A stretch of DNA of 64,000 bases, from positions 330,708 through 394,707 of the forward strand of contig NMRA01000365.1 of the NCBI GenBank assembly GCA_002633005.1, read 5' to 3'. A program made the translations under genes and the position numbers. Source of the DNA: Phoronis australis. Lineage: Eukaryota > Animalia > Phoronida. Position 1 is the stretch's first letter. Each line of letters starts with the position of its first letter. The notes under the pieces are model-generated. The model ran no database searches. It had not been told where the DNA came from and was given only the letters and a program-made list of their open reading frames with translations. Below are positions 50,430 to 64,000 of this stretch, piece after piece.

Positions 50430-51011
50430 GGGTGAGAAACAACAAGACCGCCGTACCCAAAACAGGACCACCAGTCTTCCAAATCAGACTTACTCACCAC
50501 AAAACAGAACCTAGGGGGATGAAATGGGACTTACAGACCACGTAATGGGAACACTACACCTAAAAACATGAACGCCCCACCACAAAACACCTAGAACAAA
50601 ATATGTTTTTATAATGTTTTCCTTGTTCCCTGTATATAACGCCCGAACAGTTGAAAACTAATGTCTGCTTGAGGCTGTTAGCAGAGGAAACAAAAGACGT
50701 TCCTCATTTTCACCAATTTCGCTGATAGTTCGATAAGTTCCAGTGAAGTTTCGGTCATCAACTTTAGCATCAAAGCAGACTATAATTATTCAATTGCTTA
50801 TATGTTATCACAATTGAATGGTGGGGCGGTCATGTTTCCATCCCCGGCGGTCATGTTCAGTCTCCAGTGGTCTTGTTTAGTGGTGGGGCAGTCATGTTTT
50901 TAGGTGTAGTGGTCCCATTTTCTGGTCCCTAATTCCCATTTGATCCCCTAGGTTCTGTTTTGTGGCAAGTCGGTATGAATTGGAGGATTGCTGGTCATGT
51001 AGTTTCTCACC
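50430..51011. mobile_element. MITE-like element with about 150-bp imperfect inverted ends
   Basis: ggtgagaaac...cacaaaacagaacctagggg...cactacacctaaaaacatga versus its reverse complement at 50890-51011. Confidence 0.7.
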
Positions 51012-51534
51012 TATGAATTTGGTGGACAGTGGACATAACCAAAATCCAGACAGACAGTGGCCAAAAAATTGGTACAAGACAACTCTGGTGCAAAATTAAT
51101 TACTTGACAATTCTGAACTAGTGGCGTAGGTCATGAGCTTGATCAACTTGCCCCAGCCCAATGAGCTAACGTTTTATGTTTACTCTGAAAACAGACAATA
51201 AAGAATTAAAAAAAAATTAGTTATGTGCTTGCATAGTTCAGCCCCAGGGACCTCTTCAAATTCTGTTATTGTTTACAATCCAACTCCAAAATCATAGCCA
51301 CTTACTATTATTTTCTAAATCCTCTCTTTATATTGACTCTGAAATGCATCAAACCTACTGATTGTTATTTTCTTACTTCTGCATGAAGCACCATTTTCTA
51401 CTGGTCTTCATTTTCAGTGTGCAATGATAAGAACAGCAGAGGGACCTCCATTGATGATAATACACAAATTTCTTGTGAAACAAGTTAGGCAGTAAAACAG
51501 TGTAGCAAGAATGAGTAATAGAACTTAGAGATAA

Positions 51535-51684
51535 NNNNNNNNNNNNNNNNNNNNNNNNNNNNNNNNNNNNNNNNNNNNNNNNNNNNNNNNNNNNNNNNNN
51601 NNNNNNNNNNNNNNNNNNNNNNNNNNNNNNNNNNNNNNNNNNNNNNNNNNNNNNNNNNNNNNNNNNNNNNNNNNNNNNNNNNNN
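51535..51684. other. Assembly gap (N run)
   Basis: 150 consecutive N. Confidence 0.99.
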
Positions 51685-54600
51685 AGCAAGAGCGCTCAAC
51701 AAAGGAACAGCGTTATCAGAAAATCTCAAATAACTCGAAAAGTAAACGTCCTAGCGAAAAATGTAAAACATCTTCTGAAAGCCCGTTCAAAACTCTATCT
51801 AAACTGATGGTATCGCATAATTCCGTAAATTTTTTCGAAAAAAATGAAACGGTAAGTCTGAGAAAAAAATTGTTACAGGCCATTTGAAAGAATATACTTA
51901 AAAGAATCCACATGCAAAAATTCACTCATATTCTCTTCCCGTTTAAAATCGCACTCCAACACGACAGAAAATGGGTCAACATGCCCCAGATCCGGCATCT
52001 AGAAAGCAACTTCCGGTTTTTTGGCTTTGTATAATAGCATGTCATAAGAAACTAATACCTGTAAAAATTCGAAGGAATTGGTCTTATAATGCGCCCTCTA
52101 CAGGAGAAAACGTTTTTAGGCCAAAATAGAGGTGCGCATGCGCGATCGCCGATATTTCCGCCATCTTTAACCTGAAGTAAACAATTTCCAGTATACTTGT
52201 AGCAAACTTCCGGTCCATTTACTGTGCCGATTCTTAGCCTTTTACGTAAAAAATTGTAGCCTCCAAAAGCACTCTAACCTTTAAATAAAAATAAAATGGC
52301 CGCCACAGCCGCCATCTTGGATCCCATTTTGACGAAAAACAATAGGCTTCCAGTACTTCCGGAAGTATGTGTTATGTGTCAATTTCGTGATGATCAGACG
52401 AAAATTGCGACCTGTATCGTGCGAACAAAAAAAACAAACATAGTGACAGAGCAATATACTTGGCGAAATTTATTTCGCCAAGTAATAATTGCTGTCAACT
52501 GAAGTCATACATTGCTTCCAACAGACCACCTGTCAGATCTGTGATTTTTCTTGCAAGTGGACTATCCTAAGTGTCATGAAGGGATGTCAAGTAGCAAACC
52601 AGAACTCCCATGAATAACTTTCTTTGCTCAATGTGATCACCCTACACTAGCGATAAACTTACCAAGATGCCGTTCTCCACACACCAGTAGAGGCACAGCT
52701 AAGTTAGGACTTAAGGTAGGTGGAGACACAAAAAATAATTACTTGTTTTGACTGTTTCTTACATTTTTATGTCATCCTAATATTTAATTGTTGATGCACA
52801 GTATACTGAAGAAAAAATAAAATCATTCTGAAAATCCAAAGTTGTTTTTTTTTTAATTATATTTGACCAAGCTGAAAGAAAGATTTTGACTGGTTAGCAT
52901 ACAGTTTGATAGCGACCAGAAGTAAAATGTGTTGTCCCGTGTGAAAAAAACGCCGACGCAAACAGTTCATCTGTACCGTCGGGGTCAGATGTGTTCAGGA
53001 TCGAATCTTTGAAAAGTCATGAACAGTCGACGGCTCACTCAGCAGCTTATAAAAATACATTATATAACTCAGAATTGAAAAGCCAGAGTAAACTTGTAGC
53101 GTGTTCACTAGCGAAATCCAAATACAAATACCCACTTTAATAAACTTGTGCAAAATTTAAATGTTGTGTAATATATGCTCTTACACATTTTTATTGAGCT
53201 TGTTCTAACAGGTATAAGGTGCGACATTCATATATGTTTGAAAAGTATAATTTGAGTTTGATTATCTTTGGACAAGTGTCTGAGAGGTCAGGACATGTAA
53301 ATTTCATTTCTACTTGTCCGACTGGACAAGTTAAAATAAAAGTTAATGTCAAGCCCTGTCTACGGAATTTTGCAATAATGCCAGGTTAGATAAAGTTTTG
53401 AACGGGCTTTCAGAAGATATTTTCAATTTGTCACTAAGACGTCTACTTTTTGAATTATTCAAGACTTACTGAAAACGCTGTTTCTTTGTTGACCGATTTT
53501 GCTGTTCACCAAGTGTCACTCAACACTGTAACCTATTTACTGATTTCTCACATCTTCTCTAGTCACATGAGTGTTATAGTGTTGCTCATAATCTCCACCT
53601 TCATCATCACAATCATCGTCGTTCATTTTGCCTAGTGTCGCTCAAGATTGTACGTAGCTCTGAACAGTCAGGCCGCGGCCACGGGGCATTTTCTAGTGAC
53701 AGTCAGGCCGCGGCCACAGGGCATTTTCTAGTGCCTACAATTCATATACAGGGCATATGTCAGGTTTGGCTTGTTATTTGAGGAATTTGTTGAAAACAGA
53801 TGCCAGGAAACTGATTTACTTGATGTGTTTTTGAATGAGAAAAACCAAGTTTTTACCTACTTTTGATGCAAACCGGTAGCTGTCATTTGCTATCAACCTC
53901 TGTTGTCTGCCGTCCGAGAAACCCGGTTCATGAACAAGACTGCAGCCTATTTCTTACTGATTTGTTCTATAGTCACATGAATGTTATCGTGTTGTTCATA
54001 ATTGCCGCCTTCATCGTCATGATCGTCGTCATCCTCCCCATCGTCGTCCTTTCGGTTAATTTCGCCAAGTGTCGCTCCTCCGAGTGCTCTCATTTTTTTG
54101 TTTGTTGGCAAGATACAGGTCTCAATTTTCGTTCGATCACCACGAAATTTACACATAACACGTAGTTTCAGAAGTGCTGGAAGCGTATTGTTTTTCGTCA
54201 TAATCGGATCCAAGATAGAGGATGTGGCGGCCATTTTGTTTTCTTTTTAACATTCAAATGCTTCTGGAGGCTACAAATTTTTACATACAGGGCTGAAAAT
54301 CAACACAATTATTGGACTGGACGTGCGCTACATGTATACCATAAATTGTGCACTTCTGGTTAAATATGGCGGAAATATAGGCACTCGCGCATGCGCACCT
54401 CGATTTCGGGAAAAAACGTTTTCTCATGTAAAGGGCGCATTATAGGACCAATTGCTTCGACATTTTTCAGGTATTAGTTTCTTATGACATGCTATTATTC
54501 AGAGCTCAAAAACCGGAAGTTGCTTTCAAGATGGCAGATCTGGCGCATGTTGACCCATTTTCAGTCGTGCTGGAGTGCCATTTTAAACGAGGAATATGAG

Positions 54601-56728
54601 TGAATTTTTGCATGTGAATTCTTTAAAGTATACCCTTTCAAATAACCTGTAACAATTTTTTTCTCAGACTTGCCGTTTTCGAGTTATTTGACTTCTTTAA
54701 AAAAGCAAAATTTTATTTTTTTCAAAAAATTTAACAAGTCGTGTGATACAATGAATTTAGATAGTTTTGAACGAGCTTTCAGAAGATGTTTTCCATTTTT
54801 CGCAAGGACGTCTACTTTTTTAATTATTTGAGATTTTGTGATAGCTCTGTTCCTTTGTTGAGCGCTCTTACTGCACTGATGTTGGTTTAGTTTCTTTTGA
54901 ACAAGACTAGCTTATTTCTTACTAATTTATGACACCTAAGTTCGTCGTGTGAATGTTATGATGTTGTTCGTCATCGCCACCACCATCATTATATTCGTCA
55001 TTTACGTCATCATCTCTGTCGTCGTCTTTTCAGTTCGCCAAGTGTCGCTCAAGTCTGTAGCCCATTTCTTACTGATTTCTGACCTCTACATTTGTCATTT
55101 GAATGTTATCATAACTTGTATTGTTCATCATCGCCACCATTGTCGTCATATCCATCATCTTCGTCATTATCTCTGTCATCGTCTTATCTGTTAATTTCGC
55201 CAAGTTTCGCTCCTCTGAACGCTTTCATTTCTTTAATTACAATGCACATCTAAATTGTTATATTGCGTTTACTCCGGCAAATGAACACTGATGACACGCA
55301 TGTGGTCGCTCACTCACAAACGCAGATGATCTTCAAAACAAAGGTCACGTGACTACGACATGTGTGTTTGTGAAGAGATTTTTCTCATGTTGCTGGGAAT
55401 GATCTTGCGCAGATTTGAACCTATCTTGTTCTTAATATCGACTCCACATAATCTTAAAATCTTAGGGACGCTAGTTTTTCTTTAGTGAGGATTTCAGGTG
55501 ATTTTTTGAGACAAGAAACTATATTTTTATTCAAGATGCCCTGTCGACGATCGCAAGGCAGCTGTGCATCGGTGAGTTTTTAACCTCGGTTATCAGCACA
55601 ATTTTCTGTAAAATGATGGTAATTTAACAACGAAGTTTGATAGCAATGCAACACAGTTTTGTAGAAAGTCTTCCTAGGCTACAGATACATCATATAGAGT
55701 AAATTTGATGAATCCTAGATTCTGATTTCACCCGTTTCGGAGATCGGGTTTCAACCGTTACAATAAGCGCCTCCCCCCGAAACAAATTTTACTAAGCGCC
55801 CCGGGCGCCTTATCACGGCGAATACGGTACTGTTAACTGCCTCTTAGTAAAGTGAACTACGTTTACTGTTGGTAAAATCAAGCTCTGATTTGATGCTGAG
55901 AGGTGAAGTACCAAGCCAGCCAAGATTTTAAACCTGGCGCAACAATTTTCAAACTTGACACGCTTTCCCAAACTCGACGCGGCAAAATCCAAACTCGTTA
56001 CCGCATCGAGTCAAAACAGGTCGTGGGAGAATACTGCACTCCTACACTGGAACTGGTCTTACCCGAAACCGGTATCAATGAATGCCATGCAGCTGATAGT
56101 AGCATTAGCCGGCGAGTATTATCCTAAAAACAACCAAGTGACCATTTACAATCCGCTCATGTCTGGGGAGAAAATACACTATCAAAGACTTGTATGATTC
56201 AAATTAAAATATCATGAATTAAATGTACCGAAGGTTACGCAGGAGCCTGGATAACAGGAACAGGTCAAATCAACAGGGCATACGTGACTCATCCCTATAG
56301 CTGTATCACAGAGCAAGACAGCCAGTTTTCTCTTAAGTAGGTCAAGAGTTGACCTGGTATCTTGCCTGGGCACAATCATGCTAGACATGTTCTTAGAATT
56401 TACACTACAGTGGCACTACTCTGCCGTTCTTAGCAAAAGTATCACATGCATTTCACAACCAGCATTTTCCTTCTTTGGCTTATGAGCTTCGACAGAGTGC
56501 ACCGAGACCAGGGGGCTGTTTCTCCAACAGTCTCTTGTCTTGCTATTAGTCAGTGAAGAGTGAACCGATGGCTTAGCCTGCTTCATGAAATCAGGCCAAG
56601 GCTTAAAGTCAGAAAATTTGTCAAAAACTCGAAGCCAAATGCTGGAGCATGCTGACAACAAAAGCCAAACAACAAATAATCAACTTTTAGTTATTCATAT
56701 TCCGATATATGACCTTTGACTAGAGAAT

Positions 56729-56996
56729 TAAAAACAAATTCACCAACATATGAGATTAGCACAGCATTAGAATGCCAGAAACAAATTTCTACTTGGAACT
56801 TTTCCTTCATAGTCACGAAGTAACCGAAAGTTCGCACATGCCGTCCCATTCATGAATGGAACATATGTGCCAAATTTCATGAACGTATGTCAAAGGGTTT
56901 TGGAGATAGAGCAGCGGACGCCGGACGGACGCCGCCCGGACGGACGGACGATGACGGCATAATGCGTCCACATATAAATATGTGGGCACATAAAAA
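56729..56996 (-). mobile_element. Internally deleted HINE-like family A copy
   Basis: Matches about 18730-18828 then jumps to about 19805-19980, including the terminal hairpin. Confidence 0.75.
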
Positions 56997-57898
56997 TGCG
57001 TGGGTAAATTTAGGTGCACACTATCTCATGGAGAACGTTGACCGCCGCGCGGTTCCGGCACGCTGCAGGTTTTACGCCTGCGACCTGCTTAGATTTTCAG
57101 ATGTGGAGAACACTGTGATCCCTAGTAAAATGATCGCTAGTAAAAAGAATCGCAAGTAAAAATGATCGCTACTAATAATGAATAAGCACAAGTCACACGG
57201 CACCTTTCACTGTTTGCAGATCGAACGGGAAAAATAATAATTTTACAATGGGATCTTGAATTGTGCCCCCATTGAACACAAGCATTCAATCCCCTTTCAT
57301 ACCTCATCTCTGCCTGGTTATCCAACAATGCACATCAACTTAATACAGCCAAGGACCAGGCAACGACCTCGATACAAATAAAATGGCGAAGCGCCAGGAC
57401 TCGCTAATGAAGTAAGAAACAGTAAGCTTTCTGCTTCACTCATTTTATCATGTCCGAGTTTACAAAAGATATTGTGCAGCAATGTGAATTATACTGCAGG
57501 GCGTGACATTCAATTGTTTAATCAACCATAGCCCTGCGCCAAAATGATGATATTGAATGGAAACCAGTCTCAGATTTGTCTGCATGGACTGGATTATACA
57601 TCATCTGCTACGGCGGCCAACGCCAATCCACCGTCACTGATTTATGTTTAGCAAGACGATATCAACGAACGTTTTGTAATATGAATTAGTTTATTACTTC
57701 TAAAAAGTTCAAATATTTTTTGTTCTATGTTTGTCAAATCGTGGATAATTGAATTTAACACTGTTTTTTGTACTCAAGTGAATCTGCAACTGTGTCTCAT
57801 AACATAAGACTATGTTGTGGCTTCATGTTTTGTAATATGTAGCTGGTTTCACATCGCCAGAGTTGTAACATGCAGATGCCATGCTCTGCTTTGTTTAA

Positions 57899-58560
57899 AG
57901 GCGAAGGCAACCTTTTTTCATGTCATTTTCAGCAAAAATAAGTTTCGCTAATTATCTCAGGCATATTTTTCACTTAATTACAGCTTTTCGTTTTTTCGTT
58001 ACGTAATTAATTATTCGTTTTCTACTTCGGATGAGACGTTTTGGGAGGCAAGAATTTCGCACCAATTTCTTTTCATATAGTCTGACTATGAGAGTTGTCG
58101 AGTCAGTCATTGTTCAACCTCGGTTGTGATAAGTTCGGTAGTAGTTAGCTGTTGCTCATGAGTCAGTCAACATGCCACATTGTTGCTGCGCACCTGGATG
58201 TTTTCATTATCGCTCAGAGCCTGTAAGCAGTCCTGCAGCGATGTTGGGTAGTGCGATCGAGTACAGGCCCAGTTAGACACCTAGTGAACAGGGCAGTTCG
58301 TCGTCCTATGAACAGATTGGTAAGCTAAACTTTGATAAGTTTATTGAGGACTTGTCTAAAGTATTGGAGCTATTTAGAAAGTGCCAGATGTGTGGCAAAG
58401 GAGTCACACGGCGGGATGTAAGCAGTTTGTGTGCTCAGATGACCATCCACTGGGAGTGTGGGGACAGTTGTTCCTCTGTCCGAATTGAGTACATCTCGGT
58501 ACCCATCAACAGTGTGGCATGTTGACTGACCTGTAAACAAAAGAAAACGACGACCCAGTA
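57899..58560. mobile_element. Partial second copy of the Kolobok-like THAP element
   Basis: TTAA-AGGCGAAGGCAACC terminus, gtcaacATGCCA start, internal blocks matching 38280-38610 in inverted orientation. Confidence 0.8.
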
Positions 58561-59859
58561 TTTTCAAAGTAATGAGATTCCCACATCTTGCCTATACTTT
58601 CCTAGTTCACGAGTTGGCATTCAAAGCCTTAGCTTGCATTTGCAAATGTGACCTGAAGCTTGTTATGTCCTGGTTTTAAATTCTAAGCCGAGAAAGCCAA
58701 TAACACTGTAACAAACATGTCGCATTCTTAATGACAATTTGAAGCAGCAGTTCAGGGTAAGTACCTACATATAGGCCTATAGGACTGTAAAACAATGAGA
58801 CTCACCAACCACCTGGTGTTCTCACTTAAAACCAATGAGAAGAAAGTTCTACGAATGTACAAAGAACACAAGGACAATCGTCGGCGGCATTAAAAGAAGG
58901 AAACACTTCAGCATAAAGTTTGAAAGAACTTGAAATGTCAGTATATGCCTAAATCAATACAAGCTCACACAGCCAAAAGGTGCATTCCCTGAGGGTAGTT
59001 TCTAATGAATTTAGCTAGGTCGCGCAAGTCTTTCGCAAGATATCATAATGCAATACCAAAGCACATGACCTCACAGACTTCGTATCCTGTGTGACGCAAC
59101 AGGCCCAAGTGCAAGACAGTAAAATAGCAATGGACAAACCTCTGCAGTGTTCTCCAGGACCACTTTAAACATGTCGCAGCGTCCTGTTTGGCCGCGTCGT
59201 GTTTAAAAATCCCGCGACCAGTTTAGAAATATAGAGACTTGGTAAAAAAGGCGTCATGGTTATTAATACGGTCTTCACTGGTTCAAATAACGCTTGGTAG
59301 CAACTGGCCATAGCCCATTGAAACTGAATAAAGATCAAATGGTCAGTTGTGGACCGCCTAATCACTGGTCTCACTCAAGCAGGCAGACCAGCCACTAGTC
59401 TATTTATGGTGTAAGGCAGCCTGTAAATAATCTCTCAATTATCTATTCAATTCATCTGGAACAAGTAGTTGTAGTCAATTGAATTTAAACAAAGGCCCAG
59501 TGCTACTAATCCACTACCTGCTCACTGCAGTTTATACAACAGCCCTCTTCTGGGAGGCCAGAATTTTGGTTTTCGTAGCACATTTTCCACATTGGCTGGG
59601 CCAAACGGCATAGACTTTATCGATACCAGTCTCAACAAACATTTTGCATGAAACTGCTTTTGATGGTTCTCATTGGTTGTTGTTTGTGTATTTCTCAATT
59701 AGATGAATATTAATGGTTACTTTTGGTGCCACCGGCCCATTGAGATTGACCGAGATCTTCTCATTGCCTTATAAGGAGTTTCGTTGGCAGCATGAACATT
59801 ATATCTATGGCGCATACTCCCTCTAAAAATGTGCCAAGCCGTTCACAAACTCAACTTAG

Positions 59860-60020
59860 GTAGTGGCCGTGCGTGACGTTTGTGATTTTGGGGGAGTATT
59901 CCGAGATTTGGGATAGCGGGTGACGTCACTGAGTAACGTTCAAAATATATGTCTCCCGCTTAGAAATTGTAGCCAAAATCACGTGCTCTCATTGAAGTCA
60001 CACCGTAATATCTCACGTAA
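59860..60020. promoter_or_regulatory. CpG-richer segment with CRE (TGACGTCA 59921-59928) and E-box (CACGTG 59980-59985); possible promoter of the minus-strand gene
   Basis: Motif cluster upstream of the gene; no transcript evidence; could equally be a repeat. Confidence 0.25.
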
Positions 60021-63000
60021 TCTCGCAGTCTTGTTTACCTAGCGTGGTCCTTACTTTAGTGAATTCTATCCTGGCTTCCGTTACCGATTGACCTGCGCAC
60101 AGGCCTTTATGCAGCGTACGTCCTGGGCGTCCAAATGAACGCCCTAGCACTAATATGGAGGCTCTGGCAAGGACAGCCGCCCACTGTCTATAGGAACCTT
60201 TCAAGTTTGGACAAACACATTGTAATGATTATTAGGAACCCTCTGAAGGCTCAGTGGGGGCTCTTTTTTTCAAAGCAGGAAGAAAAATACAAAGTGTGAG
60301 CAAAGTATATACAATGTTGCTATGCTCACACTTGGTTGATAACATTGTAATAGTCTTGGTCTACACCAATTTTTTATTAAAAATGCTCACCACAGAAGGT
60401 TGTTTTGTAAACTTAGATGTAAAAACCTTGGTCTATGCATTTTTTGTAAAAAAAAACTGTGTGTTTGGGGGATTGCTGGGGGTGGGGGGTTACGCGTCGG
60501 AATTATGGACGCCCTGGAATATTGGGAACCCCATTTTGGACACCCTATATTCGAAATCCTGGATAAAGGCCTGCTTGAGAATAGATGGTTTTCATCTGGA
60601 AGAATGAGTTTGTGACAATCCTGAAAATTATGGGTATTCCATAGTTGCAAGCATTTGATAACCCAGTTGATATCTTTTAAGAAATATTTGTCATCAACAG
60701 GCCTAACACTCTCGTCCAAGTAGATGGAAAACGAATGTGAATTGTTTTGTTTACTCCGCCTAATTTGCATTCATAAGGGAAGACTCGCATATTGTGCAGT
60801 TTTTACAAGAGGTCTGGTAGTGCAGAAGTTTAACGTTGTACCAGCTTCTAAATATCGAATTCAGACTATTAAAATGCTGTGCAAGACACTACACTTACAG
60901 ACTGAGTGAAAACTGGACTCTGCTATCAAGACATAAAAATGTGACTGGCTTCACAAAGACACTTCACTGGGACTGTCTACATCGTGCCAAAAGTTTACTC
61001 CTGTGTTAGACTTTAGTTGACATTGACATCGCAATTGTTGAGTAGCCTAAAACATTTCCCCTTACTGTTTCAAACACGTCTGTAGACTTCCATTTCAAAG
61101 TCATTGACTAAAAAATGGATTATGACTTGTGTGATATGTTTGTAAATAAGTCCAACTTTTAATAATAAAAAGTTGAATAAAAACAGTTATTGCTTGCACT
61201 AATGTGCATCACTATTAAAATGCATGAGTAAAAATAAGGTGCACACTAGCTTATGCAGAACGTTGACCGCCACATGGTTCCGGCGGCACGTTGCAGTTTT
61301 TTCGCGTGTGACCTGTTTAGATTTTCAGATGTGGAGAACACTGCTCTGCCACAGCATGTTGTTAACAAGCACTAACAGAAGTGTCCTGTCATGCAAATAT
61401 GTATAGACAAAACATCACTCAGGGCACAGATTCCTGACTGCAATCATCAGGTGGAAGAAATCATTTCACATGTGAAAGTTGTCGAATCAATGTGCATCTC
61501 GCTCACCTTGTCAGCTCAGAGTTTCCTTCTTAGTCAACTGCTGGCAGACAGCACCCATATTGGCTCTGGTCAGAATCCAAAGGACCCAGGCATCAACCAA
61601 TTCATTTGCAACAGGCCACATGGCAAATGCTTGAACTGTCATTACATAATAGATTTTGATTTGCATGGATGAAAAGAAGTAAACTCAACAGACTGACAGA
61701 ATAAGCTCCGCCTTATATTCAACTGTATTCATAAATAATATACAACAGGCTTTGATTGGTAGGGCAGACATGAACACAAGTCAAACCACAATAGAAGCCC
61801 CACCCACAACTGCTTGCAAATGTGCTTGGGAATTGTCTCATTGATGATAAGGAGTAATAAGGAGTAGAGTACGAAAACATAATATGGAAGAAAATTCTTC
61901 ATATTCAAAGTTGAGGGATAACGCTTACGTTTGGCCACACAATAAGTTCCAAATTTGAAAACATTTTGCTTTCAAGTGCTGTATATGGTTGCACTAAGTT
62001 GATTTTTGACATCTCGATTTTACTACCATTTAATACCACATGCATCAACTCAAACGCCAGGTTTACTTTTTGTCCACGCTGCCATAGCACAGTCTTCCAA
62101 AATGAAGGGCGGACAAAGTCGTGCAACACTTCTAAGGAAGAAGACAAAAAGATAAAATGAACCGGACAGCATTAACACACATGTCATGCTTGTCAACATG
62201 CTTTTGTTGAGATAACTACCACCCTCATCAAGTCAGTGCAATTTTTTTTTTCTTAAATTTCAAGTCTCACCCTGCTAGCTGGGGTAAACACTTCTCACAT
62301 ACCGATCACAACCGCACAGGTCTAAAGCAAAGCTTTTGAATGCTTTCACGCTCTCATATTGGACCCAACTTTACCAATGACCTTTCGAACTATTTGCTAC
62401 TAAGACCTTTCCCCAAGGGATTCTCAAGAATACTCATACAGATTATTGCCAACTGTTTCTACACATAAGTCATGAAGATTTCAAGGTTTTTGTCCAAATG
62501 CCATGGTGCATCAAAATTCATGTTCAGCTCAAAATCAGAATCATTTTAAAATAGTGCAAACACTTGCATCCAACAAATTTTTGACTGTCCAGAACACATT
62601 CATTGCAATTTGATATTTGCCGCTAAACATGTTTCATGACATCAAAGAGGCACTCGCGTAATCGGTATTTTTTAACATCACTTGATACCGGTAACTGCTC
62701 ACTTAGAAAAAGCAGAACCAGTTAGTTGATGGCTTAGATGGCTAACTCAAAATCTCAACATCACACTACGATTACAACAAGTAACGATGACAATTTTGCA
62801 GCTCAGCAAATCTCGTCTCAGAATCAACTTGCACCTTGGAAATAATAAATCTCGTTATATTAGTAGTATGAACCATAATCCCTGGCATTAAAAAACTCTT
62901 ACAAGTACTCTATAGACAAAAACGGGCACTGTAGCTGGCTGGAAGCTGTTCCAAGTGCTGAGGACTATCAACGGAATATGCAAAAAGCAGCTGACCAATT

Positions 63001-63316
63001 CTCATATAATGAAGGTGGCACAACTGACCTATCACACACTGCTCCTCTGCATAGATTATTGGACGGCCATATTGACTCATGCATATGACGACTGCATCCT
63101 CCCAATCAAAATACTTTGCCTGGTCACTCAGTTCTTGGGTTGGGGGTCAGTCGCACCAATATGTTCACACTACGACCTCGAAAAAAGGGAAAACTCGAGC
63201 TGAAACCTGCTAGAACTTGTAGAGAACCCCTTCCCCTTCCCCCTCCCCTCCCGAGGGCAGTTACGCACTTGGGGCTTATTTTTGGCAAACGTCTCCATCA
63301 TACATACGGATCTGGA

Positions 63317-63604
63317 GTGACAGAGCGGTATATACGGTACAAATAACATGACAATACCATTTTATAATACGCTTTATGTACTCTACTGGTGACAGAGCGG
63401 TATATACGGTACAAATAACATGACAATACCATTTTATAATACGCTTTATGTACTCCACTGGTGACAGAGCGGTATATACGGTACAAATAACATGACAATA
63501 CCATTTTATAATACGCTATATGTACTCTACTGGTGACAGAGCGGTATATACGGTACAAATAACATGACAATACCATTTTATAATACGCTATATGTACTCC
63601 ACTG
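63317..63604. repeat. 72-bp tandem repeat, 4 copies
   Basis: Unit gtgacagagcggtatatacggtacaaataacatgacaataccattttataatacgct.tatgtactc.actg. Confidence 0.97.
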
Positions 63605-64000
63605 AATTAGACAACTTACACTAAACACTAGAGGCAAAATGAAGAAAATTGCAAGTTAGTGAATATACACCAAAACCTCATTAATTTCCACCTGAAATTT
63701 CAAAAGATAAAGATAAATACCACCAAACAAATGATTAATCATTTAAAATCCAATACAATGTCCATCATCAAACAATCATGTGAACAAGTCAGTACGAGAG
63801 CGCTCGGAGGAGCGACACTTGGCGGAACTAATCGAAAAGACGACGATGAGGGAGACGACGACAATCAAGACGATCAAGGCGTTAATTATGAATAACACGA
63901 TAACACGATAACATTCATGTGACTAGCGAAGAAATCAAATAGAGAGCAGACAATCAACTACAATAAAGAACAATAGATGGCCCAGCATGACGGACGAGTC

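Noticed and set aside
63276-63576. Repetitive ORFs near the window end
   Set aside because: Translation of the 72-bp tandem repeat.

Overview
Eukaryotic (metazoan, probably marine invertebrate; taxon is inference) AT-rich genomic DNA with two convergent spliced genes. (1) + strand: TRAPPC6 (Trs33/TRAPPC6B orthologue), five coding exons at 5537-13684 including a GC-AG intron; its first coding exon was not found in the window. (2) - strand: a 13-coding-exon gene (ATG 50325, stop 14513; 5028 nt, about 1675 aa; all splice phases check) encoding acidic N-terminus, methyl-CpG-binding domain (MBD), C4HC3 PHD finger, Pro/Gln-rich linker, F-box, leucine-rich repeats and an acidic decapeptide-repeat insert. 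This mirrors FBXL19/KDM2 (CXXC-PHD-F-box-LRR) with an MBD in place of the CXXC and is the most interesting object here. Introns and flanks carry Penelope GIY-YIG relics (one with a degenerate hammerhead-like motif), L2/CR1-type LINE ends, hAT-type and pogo-like MITEs (one carrying a HIRAN-like relic), a THAP-bearing Kolobok-like element, Helentron/HINE-like repeats, a tRNA-derived sequence and several minisatellites. There is one 150-nt assembly gap. All homology calls are from recognition by eye; no searches were run.
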